DNA of 26,943 nt, taken from a virus. Of this stretch, positions 26,098 to 26,943 are shown piece after piece. A program made the translations under genes and the position numbers. The DNA is taken from the IMG/VR virus record IMGVR_UViG_3300035101_000063. One strand, given 5' to 3'. Every line of letters begins with the position of its first letter. The stretch's first letter is position 1. The notes below the pieces were generated by a model that did no database searches, was not told the origin of the DNA, and saw only the letters and a list, made by a program, of their open reading frames with translations.

Positions 26098-26430
26098 TTA
26101 TCTTTTTCGCCAATATTGCTTTCTACTTTTCTTCTGAGTAGACATCCTCTTCAATGCAGTTTCTTTTCTCCAACCAAATCCAGTCCATTTAGCATATGGA
26201 TACTTATCCCGTATATTTGCCCATACAAACATACCCTTACTAGGGGCTCTCAAAAACCTATTATAAATTTGCTCTTGTACATTCGAATATCTATATACTG
26301 TACTACGTTGACCTTTCTCACTAGGCAAAAATTGAATATACAAATATCTCTTCTTTGGATCATATCCAACCGCTTCAACATTAGAGCTTTCTACAGAAAC
26401 TAAAGTTGGTACTGTTGCTGGAAGTTTCAT
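26098..26430 (-). CDS. KTSC-domain protein with basic C-terminal tail
   Basis: VSVESSNVEAVGYDPKKRYLYIQFLPSEKGQRSTVYRYSNVQEQIYNRFLRAPSKGMFVWANIRDKYPY matches the KTSC pattern (S.i..vgYd...l.v.F.......YrY.nVp...y..f..A.SkG.yf...Ir..Y). Weak TTTAAA-16-TATAAT promoter-like element just upstream (about 26449-26476). Confidence 0.55.
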   Translation of the reverse strand: MKLPATVPTLVSVESSNVEAVGYDPKKRYLYIQFLPSEKGQRSTVYRYSNVQEQIYNRFLRAPSKGMFVWANIRDKYPYAKWTGFGWRKETALKRMSTQKKSRKQYWRKR

Positions 26431-26943
26431 AACAAATATTATTACTCAATTATAATACAAAATCAACATTTTTAAAATCCAATTCCTTTTCTGCTCCAAT
26501 CCCTTCTATTCCTTTTCTGCTCTTCTACATTTTGCTCTGCAATGCTCTATTCTGTTCCATATCACTTCACATCAGTTCAATTCCTCTCGAATCCTTCTCT
26601 GCTCGAATCTATTCTCTTCCTATCTTTTCCTTTTCCTCTATAACCTATTCACTTCGACTCCGTTCTTCTCCACACCATTTCTTATCACTTCCGTTCCCAT
26701 CTAATCCTTTTCTAACTTTTCCAAACTGATCAACTCAACTCCATCTCCGCTCGACGCCTTTCCTTTCCCTTCCATTTTATTTCCATTCAATTCCAGTGTT
26801 CTCTATTCCTTTTCCTCTCTCAACCAATCGCCTCAACACAGATCCATTTCGTCTCATCTCAGTTCATGTCAGGACTAATCCTTATCCTTTCATCTCAACT
26901 AGCGTCTATTCCCTTCCTTTTCAGTTTAGCTCAAGTCCGTTCT
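26431..26943. repeat. roughly 500-nt ORF-free polypyrimidine (plus) / polypurine (minus) tract with degenerate short repeats ((A/T)TTCCTTTTC(T/C)(G/T)C at least 3 times); GGA/AGGA-dense on the minus strand
   Basis: Plus strand here is almost exclusively C/T with very few G. The only track ORF is an S/L/F/P junk frame. All neighbouring genes point away from it. Confidence 0.7.

Noticed and set aside
207-26729. All plus-strand ORFs in the track (e.g. 207..434, 236..550, 1233..1529, 3374..3772, 7250..7564, 21634..22032, 26532..26729)
   Set aside because: Low-complexity S/L/F/I/P-rich translations lying entirely inside well-supported minus-strand genes (or in the polypyrimidine tract). They are typical antisense shadows of purine-rich coding strands and lack SD or coupling signals.
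26431-26943. Terminal polypyrimidine region as a CRISPR array
   Set aside because: No regular repeat-spacer periodicity; repeats are short (about 12-14 nt), degenerate and irregularly spaced. No cas genes.

Overview
Strongly AT-rich, densely packed, almost entirely minus-strand-coded window. Every plus-strand ORF in the track looks like an antisense shadow: S/L/F/I-rich junk translations lying inside clearly coding minus-strand genes. Gene content and architecture read as a tailed-phage (or prophage) DNA replication/recombination plus early/accessory region. Recognisable products, from window start to end, all on the minus strand: RNA-ligase-like nucleotidyltransferase (KxDGxN), RuvC-like resolvase, Cas4/RecB-like PD-(D/E)XK nuclease, phage Gp37/Gp68 (DUF5131) protein, RecA-family recombinase with a Cys4 insertion, HTH DNA-binding protein, UvsW-like SF2 DExH helicase, a gp32-like Zn SSB candidate ending in DDDIPF, DnaB-like helicase ending in GIPF, DnaC/IstB-like loader, KhpA-like KH protein, signal-peptide SleB-like cell-wall hydrolase, a true GroES homologue with an acidic repeat tail, two adjacent orphan DNA methyltransferases (beta-class N4/N6 and Dam-like), a KTSC-domain protein, and many small unknown genes. 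Genes frequently overlap (ATGA/TAATG coupling) and most starts carry purine-rich SD-like motifs, so the host probably uses SD (a low-GC bacterium); there is no structural/virion module in view. Unexplained structure: (i) a perfect 14-16 nt palindrome CGAACTCGAGTTCG occurring three times, always intergenic, about 7.4-7.8 kb apart; (ii) a 9-mer GTTGACAAA recurring five times on the coding strand at gene junctions; (iii) a four-copy TTGCGT(A/G) array upstream of a single GC-rich (foreign-looking) small gene; (iv) a roughly 500-nt ORF-free polypyrimidine (plus) / polypurine, GGA-dense (minus) tract at the window end; (v) SSB-type acidic ...IPF C-terminal tips on two different replication proteins; (vi) acidic tandem-repeat tails on three genes. 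No rRNA, tRNA, CRISPR array or transposase detected.
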